A stretch of DNA of 64,000 bases from assembly GCA_963814375.1 (NCBI GenBank), contig CAWFCQ010000004.1, positions 128,001 to 192,000 on the forward strand, in the 5' to 3' direction. Below are positions 19,212-27,495 of the stretch, piece by piece. A program made the translations under genes and the position numbers. The notes beneath the pieces were generated by a model. It was not told where the DNA came from, made no database searches, and saw nothing but the letters and a program-made list of their open reading frames with translations. Origin of the DNA: an uncultured Chloroflexia bacterium. GTDB taxonomy: Bacteria; Chloroflexota; Limnocylindria; QHBO01. Within the stretch, counting starts at the first letter, position 1, and every line of letters begins with the position of its first letter.

Positions 19212-20809
19212 CCGAGGCGCCCACCGTCCTCTTCCTCGAGGCGGACGACGAGATCACCGCGGTGGTGCGACGCGTCCGCGCCGCCGACCCCGGCCGCGTC
19301 GTGCTCGTCGCCCCGGGTCGCTCCCGCGCGACATCCAGCGCGGTCGGCCTGCGGCTCCTCGCACGGGCCGGCGAGGCCGACGGCCGCGACGTCTCGGTGG
19401 TCGGGGATCCCCTGACGCGCTCGCTCGCGGCCGAGGCCGGCCTCGTCGCGTACGCATCGGTCGATGAGGCGCGGCGCGGAGATCCTTCGGCGCAACCTGA
19501 CGCGGCCGAGCCGCGCCACGCGGCCATCCACGTCGTGCGCGGCGCGGCGACCGATGAGACGGTGCCCACGATGGCCGCCGCCATGGCCGCGGTGCCGGAC
19601 GACGAGACGCGGGCCGTGAAGGTGGCGCAACCGTCGCCGAAGGCGGCCGCGGCACCCCGGCGGCGCTTTCCCATCGTCCTCACGGCCGGGGTCGTCGCCC
19701 TCCTCGCCGCGGCCGCGGCGCTCGCTGTCTTCGTCCTTCCGTCGGCCACGATCCGGATCGAGCCTGAGACGAGCGCGGTCGGGCCGGCGACATATGACGT
19801 CCGCGTCGAGAGCGCCGAAAGCGTGTCCGGCACGGTCGAGGCGACCGCCACGGTGACCGCGACCGGCACGTACGAGGTCCTCGAGCCGGCGACCGGGTTC
19901 GTCGTCTTCTTCAACTGGAACGTATTCGACGTCGAGGTCCCCGCCGAGACGCTCGTCGCGGCCGGCGAGCAGGCCTTCGCCACCGTCGAGACGATCGTGG
20001 TTCCGGCCGGCAGCCTCACGTCGGACGGCCGCATCCAGGCGGGCGACGCGTCGATGGAAGTCACCGCCGCGGCAGCCGGCCCCGCCGCGAACGTCCCGCC
20101 CGAGGCGATCGACACCATTCTCAGCATCGGCACGGCTGCGCAGCTGCGGGGATTCCCGAACAACCCGGAACGGCTGGTGACGAATCCGGAGGCGACGAGT
20201 GGCGGGCTCGAGGGCACCGGGACCGAGATCTCGCAGGCCGACGTCGACGCCGGGAGCGCCGCGCTCCAGCAGGACCTGACGGAGGCCGCTGCCGCTGCCC
20301 TGGCGGGCACGACCGATGATCCATATGCGGACCCCGTCGAGCCGCCCGCGCCGGTCATCGAGGGCATCGAGGGCCTCGTCGGGACTCGCGACCAGCCCAG
20401 CGCTGAGATCACCGGGACGCTGGCGTATGACCGCCTCGTCGCCGATCCCGCCGAGGTGGAGGGCCTGGCGGTCGATCGCTTCGCGAGCGACGCAACGCTG
20501 CTCGCGGAAGGACACGAGCTGGTTCCGGATGCCACCAACGTCACCCTTGGCGAGACCACGCGCGATGGCGACGCCCTCGTCGTGGCAGCGACCGTGGAGG
20601 GCCAATCGGCCGCCGCGATCGATCCCGACGAGGTGATCGAGCGGGCTGCCGGCCGCACCGCCGCGGAGGCGGAGGAGGCCCTCGCCGACATCGGGGAGGC
20701 GACCGTCGAGCTATGGCCCGGCTGGGTCATCACCGTGCCCGACGCCGAATGGCGCATCGAGGTCGAGTCCATCACCGACGCCGGCGAACCGAGCCCGAGC
20801 GGTTCGTGA
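19208..20809 (+). CDS. Bitopic membrane protein with baseplate J/gp47-like extracellular region
   Basis: N-terminal alpha/beta domain, one TM (FPIVLTAG..VFVLP), then ATGFVVFFN..VPAETLV..FATVE..VTAAAAGPAANV..VTNPEATSGG pattern; GTGA overlaps at both ends. Confidence 0.75.
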   Translation: MTEAPTVLFLEADDEITAVVRRVRAADPGRVVLVAPGRSRATSSAVGLRLLARAGEADGRDVSVVGDPLTRSLAAEAGLVAYASVDEARRGDPSAQPDAAEPRHAAIHVVRGAATDETVPTMAAAMAAVPDDETRAVKVAQPSPKAAAAPRRRFPIVLTAGVVALLAAAAALAVFVLPSATIRIEPETSAVGPATYDVRVESAESVSGTVEATATVTATGTYEVLEPATGFVVFFNWNVFDVEVPAETLVAAGEQAFATVETIVVPAGSLTSDGRIQAGDASMEVTAAAAGPAANVPPEAIDTILSIGTAAQLRGFPNNPERLVTNPEATSGGLEGTGTEISQADVDAGSAALQQDLTEAAAAALAGTTDDPYADPVEPPAPVIEGIEGLVGTRDQPSAEITGTLAYDRLVADPAEVEGLAVDRFASDATLLAEGHELVPDATNVTLGETTRDGDALVVAATVEGQSAAAIDPDEVIERAAGRTAAEAEEALADIGEATVELWPGWVITVPDAEWRIEVESITDAGEPSPSGS

Positions 20810-21277
20810 GCCGCTACATCGGCCTCGACCACGGGGAACGCCGCATCGGCGTCGCCATCGGCGACACGGAGACGGGGATGGCGTTTGCCCGTGCGGCGAT
20901 TCAACGACGAAATCTCGAGCACGACGCGGCGCTCATCGGCGAGCTGTGCACGCTCGAAGCGGGCCGATGGCGTCGTGATCGGGTTGCCGCTCAACCTCGA
21001 CGGCAGCGAGGGACCCCAGGCCGCGCGGGCTCGCGCATTCGGCGACGGCCTGGCCCGCATCGGCCTGGCGGTCGAATACACCGACGAGCGGCTCACGACG
21101 TGGGAGGCGGGGGAGCACTTGGCGGCGGGAGGGAAACGACCTCATCGGCGCAGTGGCGAGCTCGATTCGACGGCTGCCCGCCTGATCCTGCAACAATATC
21201 TGGACGCCCAGCGTTCGACGCCCGGTCAGGCACCGGACCCCGCCGCGCCCCCCGCACCGATCGAGGAGACCGAATGA
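20806..21277 (+). CDS. ruvX: YqgF/RuvX pre-16S rRNA nuclease, apparent +1 frameshift near 20959
   Basis: IGLDHGERRIGVAIGD in one frame; VVIGLPLNLDGS, DERLTT, DSTAARLILQQYLD in +1 frame. Confidence 0.9.
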
Positions 21278-22656
21278 GCCGACGCCCGAGCCCCGGCGAG
21301 TACGAGGAGCGACGCAACGCGCGCATCCGTCAGCTGCGCGAGCAGCGCGAGGGTCCGGTCCGCCGACGGCGGCGGGTCGAGCCGCTGCTGCTCGTTGTGT
21401 GGATCGCCGGCTCCATCGCGCTGCTGGGCGTGGCGATCTTCCTCGGCTTCAACGCGTTCTTCGCCCCGCGCGTCATGGCGTGGGTGGACGAGAATCCCGG
21501 GGCGATCGAGCACGGTCTCGTGCAGGACTTCGTCGAGTGGTACCAGCCCGAGGCGCTCGCCGACCTTCCCGCCTCCGACGAGCAGCGCCGCGTCACCGTC
21601 GAGGTCGAGCAGGGCGCGACCGACACGAGCATCGGCCAGCTGCTCTTCGACGAGGGGCTGATCAGCAGCCAGGTCGCATTCCAGTACGCGGTCATCAACT
21701 CGGGTCGCGAGGGCACCCTTGCCGCTGGCATCTTCGACCTCTCACCGACGCTCACGCCGACCCAGATCGTTGCGGCGCTCCAGGGCCAGCCGTTCGGCGA
21801 GACGACGACCGTGACGATCCAGGAGGGCCTCCGCCTCGAGGAGGTCGTCGCGGCCTTCGGCGCCAGCCAGATGACGATGAACCTCGAGGAGTTCGCGGCC
21901 ATCCTCCAGGCCCCGCCGGCCGAGCTCCTCAACCAGTTCGACTATCTCATCGACCTCCCGGCGGGTCGCTCGCTCGAGGGCTACATCCTGCCCGAGACGC
22001 TCGAGTACGAGATCACCGGGCCGAACAGCGCGCCGCTCGCCGTCGTTCAGCGGCTGCTGACCGAGTTCGGCACCGCGTTTACGCCCGAGATTCGCCAGGG
22101 GATCGCCGCGAAGGGGCTCTCGATCGACCAGGCGATCATCATCGCCAGCATCGTCGAGCGCGAGGCGGTAATCGACGACGAGCGGCCCGTCATCGCCTCG
22201 GTCTACATGAACCGCTTCCTCAATCCGGACAACGGCGAGACGAACGGGCTCCTCAACGCCGATCCGACGCTCCAATACGGTTTGGTCACCGGCGAGGTTC
22301 GGCCCGTCGGCTACCCGCTGCTGGCCGGGACCGAGGGCGCATTCCTGCCCGTCGATCAGTGGGGCGATCCGGAATGGTGGCCGCAGCTCCAGGTGAGCGG
22401 CGGTGAGGTCGCCCTCGAAGAGTCGCTCCTCGGCTTCCAGACGTACACCCGGCCCGGTTTGCCGCCAACGCCGATCGCCGCCCCTCGCATGGACTCGATC
22501 GCCGCGGTCGCGACGGCACCGCTCGAGAGTGGGTATCTCTACTTTGTCGCCGGATGCCCGGGCGGCGTGCGTGACGGCTCTCACTACTTCGCGCGAACGC
22601 TTCCCGAGCACAACGCGAACATCGAACGCGCGAACACCGAGTGCGCCGGCGTATGA
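21274..22656 (+). CDS. mltG: Endolytic transglycosylase MltG
   Basis: N-terminal TM, TIQEG, LEGYILPET, IASIVERE, LNADPT, GLPPTPI, YLYFVA. Confidence 0.93.
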   Translation: MSRRPSPGEYEERRNARIRQLREQREGPVRRRRRVEPLLLVVWIAGSIALLGVAIFLGFNAFFAPRVMAWVDENPGAIEHGLVQDFVEWYQPEALADLPASDEQRRVTVEVEQGATDTSIGQLLFDEGLISSQVAFQYAVINSGREGTLAAGIFDLSPTLTPTQIVAALQGQPFGETTTVTIQEGLRLEEVVAAFGASQMTMNLEEFAAILQAPPAELLNQFDYLIDLPAGRSLEGYILPETLEYEITGPNSAPLAVVQRLLTEFGTAFTPEIRQGIAAKGLSIDQAIIIASIVEREAVIDDERPVIASVYMNRFLNPDNGETNGLLNADPTLQYGLVTGEVRPVGYPLLAGTEGAFLPVDQWGDPEWWPQLQVSGGEVALEESLLGFQTYTRPGLPPTPIAAPRMDSIAAVATAPLESGYLYFVAGCPGGVRDGSHYFARTLPEHNANIERANTECAGV

Positions 22657-23744
22657 CGCGTCTCGCGGATCTCCGCCGGCTCATGGCCGATCACGATCTG
22701 GACGGCATGCTCCTCTCGCGGTCGGCGAACAAGCGCTGGTTCAGCGGCTTCCGCCTCGGCGATGCCGAGGGGCCGACCTCGGGATGGTCGGGCACGCTCC
22801 TCGTCACCGGCGATGCCACCCTGATCTTCGCGGACTCGCGCTACACCGAGCAGGCGGCGCACGAGGCCCCCGACTGGTCGCTCGTGCCAACGTCGGGGCC
22901 GATCCAGGAGGAGCTGCCATCCGCCCTCCTCGAGCACGGGATCGAGGCGCTGGGCATGGAGGCGGCGGCGGTCTCGCATGCCGACTGGTCGGCCCTGGCG
23001 GAGGCGGCGCCGGGAGTCGAGCTTCACGCCATGGACGGCGAGCTCGTCCCGATGCGGATCATCAAGACCGCGGACGAGATCGACGCCATCGGCCGCGCGT
23101 GTTCCCTGACCGATGCCTGCTTCGCCCACCTGCTCGAGTTCGTCCGCGCCGGCATGACCGAGCAGGAGGTCGCGCTGGAGATCGAGCGCTGGTTCCGGAC
23201 CAACGGCGCCGAGGGTCTCGCCTTCGACACGATCGTCCTCGCCGGACCACGCGCCGCCATGCCGCACGGCCGGCCTTCCTCGGCGACCATCGATCTAGGC
23301 AACGTGCTGCTCATCGACTTCGGCTGCATCGTGGATGGGTATCGGTCCGACATGACGCGCACGCTGTTCGTCGGCGACGTGCCCGACGACGTCCGCCGTT
23401 TCCACGACGCGGTGCGCGAGGCGCAGGCCGAGGCGATCGACGCGCTTGCCGTCGGCGTCAACGGCCAGGAGGTGGATCGCATCGCCCGTGCGCGGATCGA
23501 GCGCGAGGGCGTCGAGCCGTACGGGCATGGGCTCGGCCACGGCATCGGCGTCGAGACGCACGAGCCGCCGCGGCTGCGGCGCAGCGAGGCCTTCACGCTC
23601 GAGGCCGGCATGGTCTTCAGCGTCGAGCCGGGGATCTACCTGCCGGGCGTGACCGGCATCCGGATCGAGGACATCGTCGTGCTCGAAGACGCCGGCCCGC
23701 GCCTGCTGACCCTCTCGCCGCGGGAGCCGATCGTCATCGGCTGA
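22653..23744 (+). CDS. Xaa-Pro aminopeptidase (M24)
   Basis: PHG, IDFG..DGYRSDMTRT, HGLGHGIGVETHE, VEPGIY, RIED. Confidence 0.95.
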   Translation: MTRLADLRRLMADHDLDGMLLSRSANKRWFSGFRLGDAEGPTSGWSGTLLVTGDATLIFADSRYTEQAAHEAPDWSLVPTSGPIQEELPSALLEHGIEALGMEAAAVSHADWSALAEAAPGVELHAMDGELVPMRIIKTADEIDAIGRACSLTDACFAHLLEFVRAGMTEQEVALEIERWFRTNGAEGLAFDTIVLAGPRAAMPHGRPSSATIDLGNVLLIDFGCIVDGYRSDMTRTLFVGDVPDDVRRFHDAVREAQAEAIDALAVGVNGQEVDRIARARIEREGVEPYGHGLGHGIGVETHEPPRLRRSEAFTLEAGMVFSVEPGIYLPGVTGIRIEDIVVLEDAGPRLLTLSPREPIVIG

Positions 23745-23764
23745 TCGGCGGCGCCTCGGCGAGC

Positions 23765-23858
23765 CGTCCGGATTCACGTCGCGTGGGCGTTAAGCGTCTT
23801 CGGCTGCCGCGAACCGCCACATTCGGACCCTCTTGCACGCTAGATGTGAATTTGGACG
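23765..23858. repeat. 94-bp imperfect inverted-repeat element, copy 1
   Basis: CGTCCGGATTCAC...GTGAATTTGGACG termini; same ends and length as 41596-41689. Confidence 0.7.
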
Positions 23859-23991
23859 ACTGGGGCGCATTGACGCGTCAACCGCCCGTCTCGTGTGAAT
23901 TTGGCACGTTCGCATCGGCGGCTCCGCCGGCGCCGGGCTTCGTCGCGTTATCCTGACGGGCGCACCGATCGGTTCACGAGGAAGCAACGCG

Positions 23992-24552
23992 TTGATCAGC
24001 ACCGGCGACGTCAAGAAGGGCGTCATCATCGAGCTCGACGGCCAGCTCATGAAGGTCCTCGACTGGTCCCACATCAAGGTGGCCCGTGGCTCGGCGCAGG
24101 TTCGGATGAAGCTCCAGAACGTGCGCAAGGGCGACATCGTCGAGCGCACCTTCCAGGCGGGGACGCGCTGGCCGCGGGCGCGCGTCGAGCAGCGCAAGGC
24201 GCAGTACCTCTACAACGACGGAAGCTCGTACCACTTCATGGACACCGAGACCTACGACCAGTTCGCGATCGGCGGCACGATGATCGGCGAGGACGCGCAG
24301 TTCCTGCTCGAGAACACCGAGGTCTTCGTCAGCAGTCATGACAGTGAGGTGCTGGGGATCGACCTGCCGGTGACGGTCGACCTGCGCGTGACCGACACCG
24401 AGCCGGGCTTCGCCGGCGACACCGCGACTGGCGCCAAGAAGGCGGCGACGGTCGAGACCGGCCTGGTGGTGCAGGTCCCGCTCTTCGTGACCACCGGCGA
24501 CCTGCTGCGGGTCGACACGCGCACGGGCGAGTACGTCACGCGAGTTCAGTGA
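23992..24552 (+). CDS. efp: Elongation factor P
   Basis: KVARGSAQVR (Arg at modification site), YHFMDTETYDQ, GDTATGAKK, VPLFV, VDTRTGEY; TTG start. Confidence 0.97.
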   Translation: MISTGDVKKGVIIELDGQLMKVLDWSHIKVARGSAQVRMKLQNVRKGDIVERTFQAGTRWPRARVEQRKAQYLYNDGSSYHFMDTETYDQFAIGGTMIGEDAQFLLENTEVFVSSHDSEVLGIDLPVTVDLRVTDTEPGFAGDTATGAKKAATVETGLVVQVPLFVTTGDLLRVDTRTGEYVTRVQ

Positions 24553-25880
24553 CGGTGGCGGAGCAGCGCTCGCTCTGGGACCAGCCCGAGCCGCCCGAGC
24601 CGCCCGAGCCAACGCCGCCCGAGCCAAGGCCGAGCCAACCCTCGCCGCCCCAGCCACGGCCGAGCCCGCGCATCCTGCGCGTCACCGACCTGAATCGGCG
24701 CGTCCGCAGCCTCCTCGACGCCGATGCGACGCTCGCCGACGTCTGGGTCGAGGGCGAGGTCAGCCAGCCCTCCTTCCCGCCATCCGGGCATTGCTTTTTC
24801 ACGCTCAAGGACTCGACCAGCCAGATCCGCGCCGCCCTCTTCCGCGAGGAGCTGGCACGGGTCGCGGTGCCGCCGGCGCACGGGATGAACGTCATCGTCC
24901 ACGGACGGGTCCGCGCCTACGAGCCGCAGGGCGTCTATCAGCTGTACGTGGAGTCGGTGACGCCCGCCGGCGCCGGCGACCTGCATGCCCGATACGAGCA
25001 GCTGCGCACGAAGCTCGCCGCCGAAGGGCTCTTCGACGATGCGCGCAAGCGGGAGGTGCCGCGCTGGCCGCGGCGCATCGGGGTCGTGACCTCTCCACAG
25101 GGCGCGGTCTGGCGCGACATCGGCAACATCCTCCGCCGCCGATATCCGATGGTCGAGCTCGTGCTCAGCCCGAGCGTCGTGCAGGGCGCAGCTGCTGCCC
25201 CCACCATCGTCCGTGCCCTCCAGCGCCTCTACGCGATCGGCGATCTCGACACGATTCTGCTGGCCCGCGGCGGCGGCTCGCTCGAGGACCTGTGGAGCTT
25301 CAACGACGAACGAGTCGTGCGGGCGGTGCGGGCCTCGCCGGTCCCGATCATCGTCGGGGTCGGCCACGAGTCGGACGTCACGCTCGCCGACTTCGCCGCC
25401 GATCTGCGTGCGCCGACGCCAAGCGCTGCCGCGGAGCTCGCCACCCCCGACGGGACGCAGCTGCTCGCCATCCTGGGCCGGCTGCGCGATCGGGCGGGGA
25501 CGGCGCTGCTGGGGCGAGCGACAGAGCGGCGCCGGTTCGTCGACGCCGAGGGCCGCGCGCTGGCACGCCTGGCGCCGGACATCGGGGCGGCGCGGCAGCG
25601 AACGTCTGACCTGCTCGGTCGCGGGGCGAGAGCCCTCGGCGATCGTGTCGAGCGCCGACGCCTGCTCCTGGCTTCCACGCAGGACGCGCTGCGAACGCTC
25701 TCGCCCGCGGCGACGCTCGAGCGCGGTTACGCCGTCGCCCGAACCGCGGATGGGAAGATCCTTCGCGATGCGAGCGCAACAGCAGCCGGGGAGGAGCTTC
25801 ACGTGATCGTCGCGCGGGGTGCCGTGGACACGCGCGTCGAGCACACGCGGCCCGACGCCACCGAGGAGCTGCTCTCATGA
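24549..25880 (+). CDS. xseA: Exodeoxyribonuclease VII large subunit with Pro-rich N-terminal extension
   Basis: WVEGEVS, SGHCFFTLKD, ARGGGSLEDLWSFNDE, GVGHESD, APTPSAAAE, TLERGY. Confidence 0.97.
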   Translation: MTVAEQRSLWDQPEPPEPPEPTPPEPRPSQPSPPQPRPSPRILRVTDLNRRVRSLLDADATLADVWVEGEVSQPSFPPSGHCFFTLKDSTSQIRAALFREELARVAVPPAHGMNVIVHGRVRAYEPQGVYQLYVESVTPAGAGDLHARYEQLRTKLAAEGLFDDARKREVPRWPRRIGVVTSPQGAVWRDIGNILRRRYPMVELVLSPSVVQGAAAAPTIVRALQRLYAIGDLDTILLARGGGSLEDLWSFNDERVVRAVRASPVPIIVGVGHESDVTLADFAADLRAPTPSAAAELATPDGTQLLAILGRLRDRAGTALLGRATERRRFVDAEGRALARLAPDIGAARQRTSDLLGRGARALGDRVERRRLLLASTQDALRTLSPAATLERGYAVARTADGKILRDASATAAGEELHVIVARGAVDTRVEHTRPDATEELLS

Positions 25881-26137
25881 CTGACGACGCGGCGCTCGCC
25901 GCGCTCAGCGACGAGGAGCTCGCGGGCCGACCCTTCGACGAGCTGGTGGCCGCCCTCCAGCGCACCGTGCAGGGGCTCGAGGCGGGGAGCGTCGGCCTCG
26001 AGGAGAGCATCGAGCTCTACAAGCGCGGGCTGCGCCTCCACGCAGCATGCGAGACGCGGCTGCGCGAGGCAGAGCTGACGATCACCGAGCTCGGCCGCCG
26101 CGGGGCCTCCGCGCCGGAGACTCCGGAGAGCTCGTAA
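25877..26137 (+). CDS. xseB: Exodeoxyribonuclease VII small subunit
   Basis: FDELVAALQ..LEAGSVGLEESIELYKRG..CETRLREAE. Confidence 0.93.
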   Translation: MTDDAALAALSDEELAGRPFDELVAALQRTVQGLEAGSVGLEESIELYKRGLRLHAACETRLREAELTITELGRRGASAPETPESS

Positions 26138-26147
26138 GCGAGCGCGC

Positions 26148-26966
26148 TCAGGCCTCGTCGGCGAAGCGAGCGTCGAGCTCCGCTCCCGGCGTGGCCCGCT
26201 CGATCCACCCGAAGGTTCCCGAGCCGGCGGTTTCGGTCATGGCGGCCAGGAAGCCGGACCAGGCGGCGCGCGCCAGCTGGCCGCCCACGCTGATCCGTCG
26301 CACGCCGAGCGCCGCCATCTCGGCGACGGAACCGACCTCGCTGCCGGCCAGCACGTTCACCGGCTTCGGCGCCACCGCCTCGACGACCGCGCGAATCTCG
26401 GCCTCGGTCTTGAGCCTCGGCGCGTAGAGGCAGTCGGCGCCGGCCTCGGAGTACGCCAGGAGGCGGGTGATCGTGTCATCGAGGTCCGGGCGTCCGACGA
26501 CGTACCCTTCCGAGCGACCGACGAGGACGACCCCGCTCCCGCTGGCGTCGATCGCGGCACGGGCGGCACGGATGCGCTCGACAGCAAAGGGCAGGTCGTA
26601 CAGCGGCTCGTCGGGGTCCCGCGTGGAGTCCTCGATCGACAGCCCCGCGATGCCCGTCTCGACCGCGGCGGTGACGTTCGCGGCGACGCCGTCGGGCTCG
26701 ACGGCGAAGCCGCCCTCGAAGTCTGCGTTGACCGGCACGCTCACCGCCGCGCTGATCGTGCGCAGGTGCTCCAGCTCGGCCTCGAGGCTGACCTGGTTGT
26801 CGGCGCGGCCGAGGGACCAGGCCATGCCGGCGCTGGTCGTGGCGAGCGCCGGGAACCCGAACTGCTCTAGCGCCACCGCGGTTCCGACGTCCCAGGGGTT
26901 GGGGATGACGAAGCATCCGGACTCGTGAAGGGCGCGGAAGGCCGCCACCCGCTCCGATTGGCTCAT
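26148..26966 (-). CDS. Isocitrate lyase/PEP mutase family protein
   Basis: PNPWDVG, ALATTSAG, PVNADFEGG, SIED, AGADCLYAP, GVRRISVG. Confidence 0.92.
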   Translation of the reverse strand: MSQSERVAAFRALHESGCFVIPNPWDVGTAVALEQFGFPALATTSAGMAWSLGRADNQVSLEAELEHLRTISAAVSVPVNADFEGGFAVEPDGVAANVTAAVETGIAGLSIEDSTRDPDEPLYDLPFAVERIRAARAAIDASGSGVVLVGRSEGYVVGRPDLDDTITRLLAYSEAGADCLYAPRLKTEAEIRAVVEAVAPKPVNVLAGSEVGSVAEMAALGVRRISVGGQLARAAWSGFLAAMTETAGSGTFGWIERATPGAELDARFADEA

Positions 26967-26995
26967 GACGATCACGGTAGCATCGGCTCCGAGCC

Positions 26996-27439
26996 ATGAC
27001 GACCGACATCCGCATCAGGCCGATGCGTCCCACGGACGCGACCGGCGTCGCCGAGCTCGCCACCCAGCTCGGCTATCCCTCGACAGCGGATGACATCGTC
27101 CATCGGCTCACCGAGCTCGACGCGCATCCGCGTGCGGTGGCGCTCGTCGCGGTCGATGTTGCCGACGAGCCGCTCGGCTGGATCCAGGTCGAATGCACGC
27201 CGTCGCTGGCGGTCGGCGACACGGCGCTCATCGGCGGGCTGGTGGTGGACGAGGCGCACCGGTCGGGACGCATTGGCACGGCGCTGCTTGAGGCGGGGGA
27301 GTCGTGGGCGCGCGAGCACGGCGCCCAGGCGATGACGGTGTCATCGCGGATCGCCCGCGAGCGGGCGCATCGGTTCTACGAGCGCGAAGGGTACGAGCGG
27401 CTGAAGACAAGCCACATCTTCGTCAAGCCGCTCGTCTGA
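26996..27439 (+). CDS. GNAT acetyltransferase
   Basis: LVVDEAHRSGRIGTALL, AHRFYEREGY. Confidence 0.9.
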   Translation: MTTDIRIRPMRPTDATGVAELATQLGYPSTADDIVHRLTELDAHPRAVALVAVDVADEPLGWIQVECTPSLAVGDTALIGGLVVDEAHRSGRIGTALLEAGESWAREHGAQAMTVSSRIARERAHRFYEREGYERLKTSHIFVKPLV

Positions 27440-27495
27440 AGGGCCAAGCACCCCGCCGTATACTTTCGTGCGACCCAGGGAGGACACGTTTTTCA

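Noticed and set aside
20713-22656. RuvX-MltG fusion ORF
   Set aside because: Intervening translation is low-complexity junk; the RuvX C-terminus is intact in the +1 frame and mltG has its own ATG and RBS
23765-23910. CRISPR array or integron attC
   Set aside because: No regularly spaced direct repeats, cas genes or intI; ends lack RYYYAAC/GTTRRRY
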